From Candidatus Saccharimonadia bacterium (GTDB taxonomy: Bacteria > Patescibacteriota > Saccharimonadia > CAILAD01 > JADZBC01): a DNA stretch of 64,000 bases. The notes under the pieces were generated by a model that saw only the letters and a program-made list of their open reading frames with translations, had not been told where the DNA came from and ran no database searches. This document shows, piece by piece, positions 29,616 to 38,560 of this stretch (position 1 is the stretch's first letter; each line of letters starts with the position of its first letter). Made by a program: the position numbers and the translations under genes. The DNA is taken from NCBI GenBank assembly GCA_041907025.1, contig JAYRIB010000004.1, positions 1,223 to 65,222 on the forward strand, in the 5' to 3' direction.

Positions 29616-30872
29616 CTAGCTATGGCGACGGTGCTTGGCAGCTTGATGGTAGAGTTCAATGAGGTGCTTGGCTTGGTTCTCGGCTGAGTAACTGTGGGCG
29701 AGCTTGTGGCTTTCGGCCCCGAACTTCTTTTGTAAGTCTGGGCGCTCGATCAATCGAATACACTTGGCAGCAAAGTCCTTAGGGTTATTCTTGGCATGAA
29801 AGCCGTTTTTGTTGTTCTTGGTGAGCTCGGAGATTTTGTCATCAACAAAGATAACTGGTTTGCTTTGAGCGCAAGCCTCGTTGATGACCAGGCCCTGTGT
29901 GTCGGTAATAGAAGGGAATACAAAGCTGGTACAGCTTTGTAATGCACCCATAACCTCGGCGCGATTCAGAGTGCCAGCAAATAACACTGCCTGGTCAACA
30001 TTGAGCGACTCGGCGATGTCGGTGAGGCGCTCAGTTTCTTCCTCGCCCGGGCCTGCTAAGACGAGCTTGGTCGCAGGCTCTTTGCTAAGAATATGAGGCA
30101 GGGCGCGCACAAGCAGCTCAAGGTTCTTTTCTTCACCGATTCGCCCCAGATAGAGTAGGATCGGGCTGGCAGGGTCAAGTCCAAACCGATCGTGGATGTT
30201 GTAGGTGGTGGTTAGCTCGGTTTCGCTCCAATCAATGCCCGTTGGCAAAATGGCGAGTGGGGCTGGTGTGTGGTATCGCTTGAGGAGGCGTTCGATTTTG
30301 CGCGATGGGGTGATGACGAGGTCGAAGTTTTGGTGAAAGGCATTGAGCGTCTCGCGGATCAGCTTGCTGCTCCAGCTGGCGTCGCTGGTATCATTGCGCA
30401 TGCCAGCTATACGGTCCCGCAAGCCGACGGGAGCATTAAGGATAAGAGGGCCGAATACGGCACCAATTACGAAGCCGCCCAATATACGCTTGTACACTTT
30501 GGCGTATTGTTCGATGTCGGTGTGGTAGGTAGTTACGAGTGGGATGTTGTCGGCAATGCCTATGCGCGCGCCCATGAAGCCGATGGGGGTGGGGGTGTGA
30601 ACGTGAATAATATCGAGGTTGAGTGAGCGTATGAGTCGAGCATTGGCAGGCGTCCAGGGCATGGTGTCGCGGTGCGAGGGGTGGAAGATGCTGCGGACTG
30701 AGCGAAAGCGAATGATGTTGGCTGGTTCGTGAGCAATCTTCTTAGCTGGAGCAGGGCAAAAGATGAATACTTCGTGGCCAAGCTTCTCAAGTTCGCGGGC
30801 AAAGATGTCGACCGAAACCCCCACCCCGTCCACAAGCGGGTAGTAGCGGTCAGTAAAGAAGCCAATTCTCAT
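29616..30872 (-). CDS. GT4 glycosyltransferase (monoglucosyl-diacylglycerol synthase-like)
   Basis: MRIGFFTDRYYPLVDGV, TTYHT, GRIGEEKN and DTQGLVINEA motifs. Confidence 0.85.
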   Translation of the reverse strand: MRIGFFTDRYYPLVDGVGVSVDIFARELEKLGHEVFIFCPAPAKKIAHEPANIIRFRSVRSIFHPSHRDTMPWTPANARLIRSLNLDIIHVHTPTPIGFMGARIGIADNIPLVTTYHTDIEQYAKVYKRILGGFVIGAVFGPLILNAPVGLRDRIAGMRNDTSDASWSSKLIRETLNAFHQNFDLVITPSRKIERLLKRYHTPAPLAILPTGIDWSETELTTTYNIHDRFGLDPASPILLYLGRIGEEKNLELLVRALPHILSKEPATKLVLAGPGEEETERLTDIAESLNVDQAVLFAGTLNRAEVMGALQSCTSFVFPSITDTQGLVINEACAQSKPVIFVDDKISELTKNNKNGFHAKNNPKDFAAKCIRLIERPDLQKKFGAESHKLAHSYSAENQAKHLIELYHQAAKHRRHS

Positions 30873-32044
30873 CTCTGTACCTGTTGGTAGATGGCTTCAT
30901 AGTTATCAAACATGACGTCGGTAGAGTGGTGGGCTTTGACAATTTCAAGGCTTTGCTTGCCGAATGCTGTTCTTTTTACATCATCACGCAACAGATCAAC
31001 CACGCGCTTGGCGAGCTCTTGGTAGCTGTTCTCGCGGAAAAGATAGCCATTTTCGCCATCGTGCACCAACTCTTTGAGAGCAGCAACATCGACCGAGACC
31101 ACTGGCTTGGCCGTAGCCATGGCTTCTAGGGTAACAATGCTTTGCAGCTCGGCCGGTGAGCTGATGACGAACATGTCGCAGAGGTTATAGAACAGCGGCT
31201 TGTCGGCCTCATCGATATAGCCGGTGAACGTTACATTGGCGCTGACGTGGAGGCTGCTGGCTAATTGTTTGAGGTTGTCCATTTCCTTGCCAAAACCGAC
31301 AATGAGCAAGTGGCACTTAATGTTGCGCAGGATCTCCGGCATGGCACGCAAGATAATGTCGAGGCGCTTTTCGCCGTCGACGCGGCCCAGATAGAGCAAG
31401 ATGGGTAGGTCTGGTAGTTTGTACTTGTGCTTGAGCTCCTTGGCGTCGAGCCCGGCCTTGAAGACAGCCATGTCGATGCCGTTACTGATAGGCTTGAGTG
31501 GCTTTGTCACGCCGAACTTCTTGAGGAAGTCAGTAGCAGTTGGGGTGGGTGAGGTCACGAAGTCGCAGCGGTTATGGAACCAGACCAAGTAGCGCCAGAC
31601 CAGCTTATAGAGCACGTTGTATAAGAATTTAGTCCACTTCAGGTTTAGCAGGATGTTTTCAGGCATGAGGTGGTTGGTGGCCACAATTGGGATACCATGT
31701 TTGCGAGCGTAACGTTGGGCGGTGAGGCCAAGCAGACTGGGGTTGTGAATGTGAATGACATCTGGCTTGGTGGCCTGGAAGATCTTTTTAGTGTGCAGGC
31801 TTGGCCAAAAGCTGACCTTGTATTTGCGGTTAAACAGCAAAGTGATCGCTCGCTCGCGGTAGATGGTAGTATCGCCATCGACCTCTTGGTAGTTACTAAA
31901 GTCCTTAGCTGGCGCCCAGATCGACACCTTGTGACCCTTGGCGGCCATACCCAGGGCCAGGCGTCGCTCAAACAATGCACCGCCATCAGCGTTGGGCCAA
32001 TACGATTCAGTTACGAGCAGGATGTTCATAGAATTCATTATCAT
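30869..32044 (-). CDS. GT4 glycosyltransferase
   Basis: ESYWPNADG, ATNH, GRVDGEK and ELQSIVTLEAMATAKPV motifs. Confidence 0.88.
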   Translation of the reverse strand: MIMNSMNILLVTESYWPNADGGALFERRLALGMAAKGHKVSIWAPAKDFSNYQEVDGDTTIYRERAITLLFNRKYKVSFWPSLHTKKIFQATKPDVIHIHNPSLLGLTAQRYARKHGIPIVATNHLMPENILLNLKWTKFLYNVLYKLVWRYLVWFHNRCDFVTSPTPTATDFLKKFGVTKPLKPISNGIDMAVFKAGLDAKELKHKYKLPDLPILLYLGRVDGEKRLDIILRAMPEILRNIKCHLLIVGFGKEMDNLKQLASSLHVSANVTFTGYIDEADKPLFYNLCDMFVISSPAELQSIVTLEAMATAKPVVSVDVAALKELVHDGENGYLFRENSYQELAKRVVDLLRDDVKRTAFGKQSLEIVKAHHSTDVMFDNYEAIYQQVQR

Positions 32045-32146
32045 TGTTTTTTTGCCCTTTGCCTAGTCCTAGAAGTCTCTTTTTGCCGGAAATACAGTCA
32101 ACTAGGCTGGTAAAAAGCGTAAGAATAGTGTATAGTAGGTGGTCTT

Positions 32147-32534
32147 GGGGCTGACCAGCTTCGACGTTGGATTCTTGACATATAACTGCAAGCCGCCTGA
32201 TCGACGTTACAGATCAATCACAATAAGTGCAAACACTTTTGTTAGCAAAGTAAAAGCTGCTTTTAGCATGCCAAGCTTTGCGCCAGCTTACGCCTAAAAA
32301 CGTTCGCCGCCTATTGCGCCTGACATCAGATGAAGCGCAGGGCGTCACAGTATCTGGTTGCTTAGCTATCGTTCTATCCGGTAGCTCCTAAGACGCAGAA
32401 TAGAGGAGTGATGAGTATGTTTGGCTCGCTTTAAGTGCCTGTACCTCCCAAAACAACCACCAAGCAAGCTAAGCTTGTAGTACGTTATAGAGACAGACTA
32501 GCGGACCAGGGTGCGATTCCCTGCAGCTCCACCA
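32147..32534 (+). ncRNA. ssrA: tmRNA; tag (A)ANTFVSKVKAAFSMPSFAPAYA* at 32229-32297
   Basis: 5' GGGGCTGA...TTCGAC, 3' T-arm and CAGCTCCACCA with a G3:U pair; TAAGT-GCA resume context; tag ending AYA. Confidence 0.95.
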
Positions 32535-32867
32535 AAGCTCTTATGCTTAGAAGACCAGGTTAAATGCCTGGTTTTTTGTATTATAAACAGAGAGAGGGTA
32601 GATGCACTTGCTGCTATTCTCGCCATACTATAAGGACAACGACAGGAAGCACCTTGCCAGAAGGGGGCATGATGGTTACAGGAGGAAAACTCTATTCATT
32701 TGGTATGACGTCATGCTACAATCGTGCCATCAGTTAAGTATTGTACTGCTGAAGATCCTTATACCCTTTGAGAGCGGCGTCTTGTGTTTATTTCGCCCAT
32801 AAGACGCCGCTCTCAACAAAAGTTGAGCTACCTCATCGGTAGTTTCTACGGCAAAGGAGCTATTTCC

Positions 32868-33407
32868 ATGCAAGGTGATTCGCAAACCGAGGTCGTAGCA
32901 ATCGACCTCAGCAAGCCGTGGCAGGTCGTCGAGATGACGGCCGAAGAGTTCCTGCTTCGTATGGCAGCGATCGGTCCGTACAAGGACATCAACCTGGTCG
33001 GCTCGTTTGCCGATCCTGATGACCAGGCAGCCCGCACCGCTCACCGCGACAAGGACCTGCCCTGGCATCGCGACGGCATCGAGAGCCAGGCCATCAAGGA
33101 CATGCAGGGCGGCAGGTACATCACGGCGCCGAACGTGGACGTGGTTGGGATGTACTGCCTCCGCGACAACCGAGAGCCCGGGTCGGACGTCCGCACACCG
33201 TGCTACACGGTGCTCGCGGAAGCCGCGCCCGATGCTGACCCGTACGACGACTCCCAGTTCGCGATCGTGGCCGAGGTTGATCTGCGACCGGGTCAGGCAC
33301 TCATCTGGGACAACCGTCTCTGGCATCGACGCCATGGGCCGGTCGGCAGTCGGGTGAACATCCGCTTCTGGTCGACCTGCCCTGCGCTGTACGAGGTCCG
33401 GCCATGA
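32868..33407 (+). CDS. TauD/TfdA-like Fe(II)/2-oxoglutarate dioxygenase-fold protein
   Basis: LPWHRDG (HxD), VVGMYCL and PGQALIWDNRLWHRR; AAAGGAG before ATG 32868. Confidence 0.7.
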   Translation: MQGDSQTEVVAIDLSKPWQVVEMTAEEFLLRMAAIGPYKDINLVGSFADPDDQAARTAHRDKDLPWHRDGIESQAIKDMQGGRYITAPNVDVVGMYCLRDNREPGSDVRTPCYTVLAEAAPDADPYDDSQFAIVAEVDLRPGQALIWDNRLWHRRHGPVGSRVNIRFWSTCPALYEVRP

Positions 33408-33934
33408 TCTTGCCGGAAGGAGCGGCGGTCGTAGGATGTCGACGCTGTGGTGTCGACATCTTCCAGGAGGAAGGTGGGAAGTGGGCAACAGTTGCCTACC
33501 CCATTGCCGACCCTTATGACTGTGAGGGGGGCGCACATGCTCCTGCGGGCAGCCTCTTCGAGCTCGGCCCGTTCGCTCTTCCTGATGGGCGTGTGACGGG
33601 CTTCAAGATCGAGTGCGATCTCGTGGAGCTGGAATCGTGGGCGGCTCTCGCCCGGGTTGCGGCTGAGCTCCTGGATCCGTTCGGTGCCGTCGAGGGCGTA
33701 CCCCGAGGCGGGGTGGCGTTCGCGGAGGCGCTTGAGCCGTACATCGATCCTTCGAGCAAGACGCTCCTGATCGCCGATGACGTGTGGGTCAGCGGCACTT
33801 CGATGGAGCGCCACCGAGCTGGCCGAGACGCCTTTGGCGTTGTGGCCTTCGCTCGGAACCCCGTGGCGCAGTGGGTCAAGTCGATCCTCTCCCTCAACCC
33901 CGAGGCTGAGGCAGCCACATACCGGCTTCAATAG
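33404..33934 (+). CDS. Type I phosphoribosyltransferase-like protein
   Basis: FKIECD, GVPRGG and LLIADDVWVSGTSM; ATGA overlap with the upstream gene. Confidence 0.7.
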   Translation: MILPEGAAVVGCRRCGVDIFQEEGGKWATVAYPIADPYDCEGGAHAPAGSLFELGPFALPDGRVTGFKIECDLVELESWAALARVAAELLDPFGAVEGVPRGGVAFAEALEPYIDPSSKTLLIADDVWVSGTSMERHRAGRDAFGVVAFARNPVAQWVKSILSLNPEAEAATYRLQ

Positions 33935-34289
33935 CTCAACAACGTTAACCATCGTCGGCATATGTTGTATGGGTTACCGCGATACACAGTCTGGGTTCGT
34001 GCGACCACAATCGCACTGACCTGCCAGTCCGCATGGACCGTCTACTGGAGCGTCATTCCAGGGCTCGATTGAAGGATCGAGCCACTACCCAAGTGCATAA
34101 TCCAGTGATTATGAGTTTAGGTGGTATAGTGCTAATCCCTCACGTTACTCAACCCAGCTGTGTACCTAGAGTAGGGGGTAGCTAGAATCTCCCTCCATCG
34201 ACCTGATTCAGCCATTAGTTCGTGCCACAAAAAACGTACCCGCTCCACCAAAAGGGATTTTCGTGACTCACAAAGATCTTTGTTTGCTG

Positions 34290-34847
34290 TTAGCCCGAGG
34301 GAGTAGTGATTCTGGCCTGTATTGTCTTGTCTACGAAGTGCAAAGTCTTGGCCTTGTTATGTTCAAGAGTGGCCGCCCACTTGATTGCTTCAAGCTTGTT
34401 AATCTCCGAGCGTTCGGCATCTGACAGGCAGTTATGTGCTACGGCAAAGCCAATGTGGTAATTATCTCCATATACCTCACGGAATAAGTATTCAGCTCTT
34501 TGGGCGTGAAACTGGCTTGTGACTACAACAATGCTTTCCCAGCAGTTGGCTTCAACAATCTTTTTGGTGTAGATTGCGTTCTCGTAGGTACTTTTAGATT
34601 TATTCTCAATCAGGATCTTTGCGGGAGGAAAGCCCTGTAATACTGCGTAATCTGCCATCGCTTGGGCCTCTGACTTTTTAGGAGTGTATGAGTGGATGTG
34701 TGCAACATTACCAGACATTACTAGTTGTTTAGCCCCCACCTCCTTATAAAGCTGAATTCCTGTGCGAACTCGACTAGCCCCTTCTTCTGGAAGAGTACCG
34801 TCTGGTCTGACATCAAAGCCAAGAATGATCACTGCGTCATACGTCAT
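34290..34847 (-). CDS. YdcF/DUF218 family protein
   Basis: DAVIILG, SEAQAM, STYENA and VVTSQFHAQRA motifs. Confidence 0.9.
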   Translation of the reverse strand: MTYDAVIILGFDVRPDGTLPEEGASRVRTGIQLYKEVGAKQLVMSGNVAHIHSYTPKKSEAQAMADYAVLQGFPPAKILIENKSKSTYENAIYTKKIVEANCWESIVVVTSQFHAQRAEYLFREVYGDNYHIGFAVAHNCLSDAERSEINKLEAIKWAATLEHNKAKTLHFVDKTIQARITTPSG

Positions 34848-34999
34848 ATGATTAGTATAACTTATGCAGACATAATAATAGTCATGCTTGGGTGGAATCT
34901 TGAGATATACCTACAATCTGTTATTATAGGCTCTGAACCTTTACTCAACCAATTCCAACCTGCTGGCTCCCGCCGGCCCAATCGCCCAGGGGGCAAGAT

Positions 35000-36052
35000 A
35001 TGGCAGTTTCAACTCGTCAGCACAAGTCTGGCGCAGAGCAACGCAAGTACGTGCTGCAAAAGCCGTACACCATCAAGGGTCGCGATGAGAGGCCAGATAG
35101 GGTGGTCGGCTCCGTTGTGACGGACTCTGACTTCAGCAAGGGCGACATCGTGCCCTGGCTGCTCACGGCAGAGGAAGACAGGAAGCGTGTGCACGGACTA
35201 CGTCGGTCCACCGGACAGGCGAGCTGGTGGGAATACCCCATCTTCCGCGGACTCATCACCCTGATCGGTCGCGTGTTGATCAAGCGCGTCTTCGTCGATC
35301 AGCACAAGATCCCCGGCGGCTTGGGCTTCTATCCGAAGTTCTACCGTCGTGGCCGGCTTTCATCCAAGGCTGGTCGCTGCGAGTTCACCTTCATTGCGGC
35401 GCCTACTCACGCCGATGAGCGGGACATCCTGATCACAGGGTCGTTGGCTCGGCCCTTGGTCTGGACCTGCAAGCCATGGTTTTGCTCTGGCCCCATGTGG
35501 TTGGCTTTGCTCAACCACTACAACGGTGCCTTGCCTATCTTTCGGCCTCAGATCGACGGTATTTACCATCCCAAGAAGAACACACTGGCAATGATCCATC
35601 ATCACCAGATGCGCTCGCATAGGGGTTCGGAAGCTCTCGACATCGTCACGGCACGTCTCTTGGAGGGTAACTCCGCTGAGTTCTTCATCGAAGGGACCAG
35701 GCTTGGGGCTAGTGAGGTCTCATCTGGCTTCTTTGGTGCAATCAGGGTCTCTCGAAGGACAGGTGTTCCGATTCTTCCAATCGCCATCGTCGGCGTGTCG
35801 GAAGGTGATCCGGTGGTTCGCCCGGGATTGTTGCCCTGGCGCCGGGTGGTCCTTGCGGTTGTTTGCAAGCCAATCTACCCGGTTGGATTCGTGGGTACTG
35901 ACGAGGAATGCGAGCAAGCCATGATGGCTGCTTGGACCGGCGCCGTCAACGAAGGGCGTGCCAGGGGTCGAGAGTTGGTTTTGCAGCACGGCCGCCATAG
36001 GGGCGTTGTGCCGCCCAAGCGGACCAAGCCCGCTGAATCGGCTGAGGGGTAG
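35000..36052 (+). CDS. PlsC-like lysophospholipid acyltransferase
   Basis: PTHADERD (Hx4D), FFIEGTR and VPILPIAIVG motifs. Confidence 0.75.
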   Translation: MAVSTRQHKSGAEQRKYVLQKPYTIKGRDERPDRVVGSVVTDSDFSKGDIVPWLLTAEEDRKRVHGLRRSTGQASWWEYPIFRGLITLIGRVLIKRVFVDQHKIPGGLGFYPKFYRRGRLSSKAGRCEFTFIAAPTHADERDILITGSLARPLVWTCKPWFCSGPMWLALLNHYNGALPIFRPQIDGIYHPKKNTLAMIHHHQMRSHRGSEALDIVTARLLEGNSAEFFIEGTRLGASEVSSGFFGAIRVSRRTGVPILPIAIVGVSEGDPVVRPGLLPWRRVVLAVVCKPIYPVGFVGTDEECEQAMMAAWTGAVNEGRARGRELVLQHGRHRGVVPPKRTKPAESAEG

Positions 36053-36064
36053 TAGTAAAGAGGT

Positions 36065-36126
36065 GGTGTGATGGGTGGATTGGGCCCATCACACCACATG
36101 GCCTAGCACTATGCTAGGCCTCTTTT
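36065..36126 (+). terminator. Tandem hairpins and terminator
   Basis: GGTGTGATGGG/CCCATCACACC followed by GGCCTAGCA/TGCTAGGCC-TCTTTT. Confidence 0.7.
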
Positions 36127-36292
36127 ATTAGTGTTATTTCCCGACGCCGTTCGCACGGGTTAAGCATCTAGAGTAGAGGCGTAGTTGATCGTATAGAGGT
36201 TGAGTACACCCCTACTAAAGACTCGGATTGCCTTCGGCCTCCTTGAAGTAGTATCATATACGTAAGAGGAATGAAACAATGGGCGGTACAGT

Positions 36293-37480
36293 ATGTTGCC
36301 AGTAACTAGGGGCACAATTGATAACTTGCAGCAATCAGTCGATCAAACGTCTGAAGCGCTGGATAGTTATGCCCAAAAGCAGCCTAAGCAGGCCGAGGAG
36401 CTCAGAGAGCACATAACTGCTATGGCCAAGATAGTAGGTGGGTTGTCGGCCAAGATTAATGCTGTTGATAGGCTGGGTGAGAAGAATTACTTTATACCAG
36501 ATCCTAAGAACCCACTGCTGAGCGCGGCTTTCTTGGCGCCTGTACTTATCTTGATGGTAGTAGTTACCGTCTCAATCTGGTTATTTAACTTGGCAGGCTT
36601 ATTGGGCTCAGACATCATCTATATTGTTACTCTAGGGGTGGGCTTGCTTCTGGTTATGCAGGTGTTGGTGAGCAACATTCGCAACCTACAGCTCCGTCGG
36701 CGGATCGCCAAGCAGTCAGGCACTGCGATTAACGAGGAGCTGCAGCTTGAGCACGCTCGGGCGGAGTTCTTCAAGGCTGCCACCGATGAGTTGCAGGGGC
36801 ATTTGTTTGCGATAACTTCGGCGATCCCACGGGGGAGCGACCCTGCAATCGATGACGCGGCTCAACGGCTTATTACACTCCTTGATCGTATGGCTCTGAT
36901 TTCAACGCTAACAAACCGCGGCGCCGACTACGTGCTCAATACCGAGCCTGTTGATATGCCTGTGTTACTTTCGCAGATCATAGCTAATAGTCATACTCAG
37001 GCTCAGGCGGCGGGGGTACAGGTGAAGCTTGATGCTCCTAAGCAGCTCACCTACGAACTCGACCCACTTTTGCTCACCCAGGCTATCTCCCCAGTGCTGG
37101 ACAACGCTATCAAGTTTTCAAAGGACGCTCAGGCTGGCGGTCGAGTTCTGGTGGCATTAAAGCCAATACATCGTGGTTTTGAGCTCAAAATTGCTGATAA
37201 TGGTCCAGGCATTAGTCTTGAGCGTAGATCCCAGCTGTTTAAGCCATTCTCGCGAGGCGAAGACGCGCTACGCTTTAATTACGAAGGCGCCGGGCTTGGG
37301 CTTTACCTTACGAGCCTCGCAACAGGCCTCCTGGGGGCGTACGTGGAAATTGGTAATCCCAAGGCAGGGACTGAAATTATCTGGAGGTTTGATTCTCTGG
37401 TGCCAACCTCGCCTGAACAGTCTAGGGCTAAGCCTGGGCACAAACCAGCTCACAATACGCTTTCTCCTGCAGCGCACTAA
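36293..37480 (+). CDS. Membrane histidine-kinase-like ATPase lacking the phosphoacceptor H-box
   Basis: Two TMs; N-box LDNAIKFS, G1 DNGPGI, F-box LFKPF, G2 GAGLGL; H-box region reads ATDELQGHL. Confidence 0.8.
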   Translation: MLPVTRGTIDNLQQSVDQTSEALDSYAQKQPKQAEELREHITAMAKIVGGLSAKINAVDRLGEKNYFIPDPKNPLLSAAFLAPVLILMVVVTVSIWLFNLAGLLGSDIIYIVTLGVGLLLVMQVLVSNIRNLQLRRRIAKQSGTAINEELQLEHARAEFFKAATDELQGHLFAITSAIPRGSDPAIDDAAQRLITLLDRMALISTLTNRGADYVLNTEPVDMPVLLSQIIANSHTQAQAAGVQVKLDAPKQLTYELDPLLLTQAISPVLDNAIKFSKDAQAGGRVLVALKPIHRGFELKIADNGPGISLERRSQLFKPFSRGEDALRFNYEGAGLGLYLTSLATGLLGAYVEIGNPKAGTEIIWRFDSLVPTSPEQSRAKPGHKPAHNTLSPAAH

Positions 37481-37549
37481 CTTACTGCGGATATGTCTTT
37501 TAGCTCCAAGGTCAACTCAAGTTTACTAGCCGAGGAGAAATTCTGTCGA

Positions 37550-37589
37550 TACACTACTGATTGACGCGTCGATGTAGTGTAAATAAGAT
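37550..37589 (+). promoter_or_regulatory. Sigma70-type promoter overlapped by an inverted repeat
   Basis: TTGACG-N17-TAAGAT, with TACACTAC/GTAGTGTA flanking the -35. Confidence 0.6.
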
Positions 37590-37601
37590 GGGAGTATAGT
37601 T

Positions 37602-38315
37602 ATGAGTCTAGAAATTAAAATTCATGCGGCCCAAGTGAGCATATTGCGTGAGCTGCTGTTCCACCCGAGTGCGGGGTTTGCTCAGCTACAACGGCCTACT
37701 GGCCTGACGAGCGATCACTTTACCTTCCACATTGGTAGGTTAGTTGAGCTTGGCTTGGTCGAGAGGGCCGCACGGCGCCAATACAGGCTTACGCAGCTGG
37801 GTAAGGAATACGCCAATAGGTTAGACACCGACAATAATACAGTTGAGCGTCAACCCAAAACGGCAGTGATTCTGGCCATTGAGCGCACAACGAGCAGTGG
37901 CACCGTGCAATATGTCTTCCAGGAGCGACTTAAGAACCCGTATTACGGCTTTTGGGGCTTACCGACGGGTAAAGTGCGCTGGGGTGAAACAATCCTTCAG
38001 ACGGCCGAGCGTGAGCTCCTAGAGGAGACGGGGTTAATGGCGGACTTTAGAATTGCGGGCGTGTACCATGAGCAGGTGTTGTCTGAAGAAAGTGGGGATA
38101 TGCTTGAAGACAAGATCTTCTTTGTGGCCCACGGCACAAACCCGCGGGGTGATCTGCTTGAGGAGTTTGAGGGTGGGGCGAATCAATGGTTGAGTTTTGA
38201 CGATGCACATAAAAAGGCCAAGAAGTTTGATAGCTTTGAGATGGAGCTTGATATTCTTTCATCCAAAGAGTGGCTGATTGAACGCAAGACACGCTATAGT
38301 GCCGATCTTTTCTAG
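37602..38315 (+). CDS. wHTH-NUDIX fusion protein
   Basis: N-terminal wHTH (FTFHIGRLVELGLV...YRLTQLG) and Nudix box GKVRWGETILQTAERELLEETGL. Confidence 0.85.
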   Translation: MSLEIKIHAAQVSILRELLFHPSAGFAQLQRPTGLTSDHFTFHIGRLVELGLVERAARRQYRLTQLGKEYANRLDTDNNTVERQPKTAVILAIERTTSSGTVQYVFQERLKNPYYGFWGLPTGKVRWGETILQTAERELLEETGLMADFRIAGVYHEQVLSEESGDMLEDKIFFVAHGTNPRGDLLEEFEGGANQWLSFDDAHKKAKKFDSFEMELDILSSKEWLIERKTRYSADLF

Positions 38316-38339
38316 CGGGTAGCAGGGGTCGATTAGGCA

Positions 38340-38373
38340 ATAACAAAAGGCAGCGATGTGCTGCCTTTTGTTA
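38340..38373. terminator. Intrinsic terminator
   Basis: ATAACAAAAGGCAGC-gatgt-GCTGCCTTTTGTTAT. Confidence 0.8.
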
Positions 38374-38560
38374 TAACCAGTGATACGCGCGGATGGGCAA
38401 AACAAAAGCTCCGCTTGGGTTTTAACCTGTTGCGGAGCTTCTTTTTTGCTTTGTTTTTGTTTTTGAGTAATTTATGTGTGCAGCACTGAATCTATAATAA
38501 AACTTATGCATAGTGACTGTCAACAACTTTTTAGCAAAAAAGTTGTGGATAAACCAAAGT

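Larger units (their letters stand above)
32537..34252 (+). mobile_element. Small integrated islet at the tmRNA 3' end
   Basis: GCTCCACCAAA at 32526-32536 is repeated at 34242-34252; enclosed genes are visibly GC-richer; no integrase seen. Confidence 0.55.

Noticed and set aside
32730-33961. Long minus-strand ORFs (268 aa and 222 aa)
   Set aside because: Antisense shadows of two GC-rich plus-strand genes that have recognisable motifs and a Shine-Dalgarno sequence.
38500-38560. Replication origin
   Set aside because: Only one perfect DnaA box, and no dnaA or dnaN nearby.
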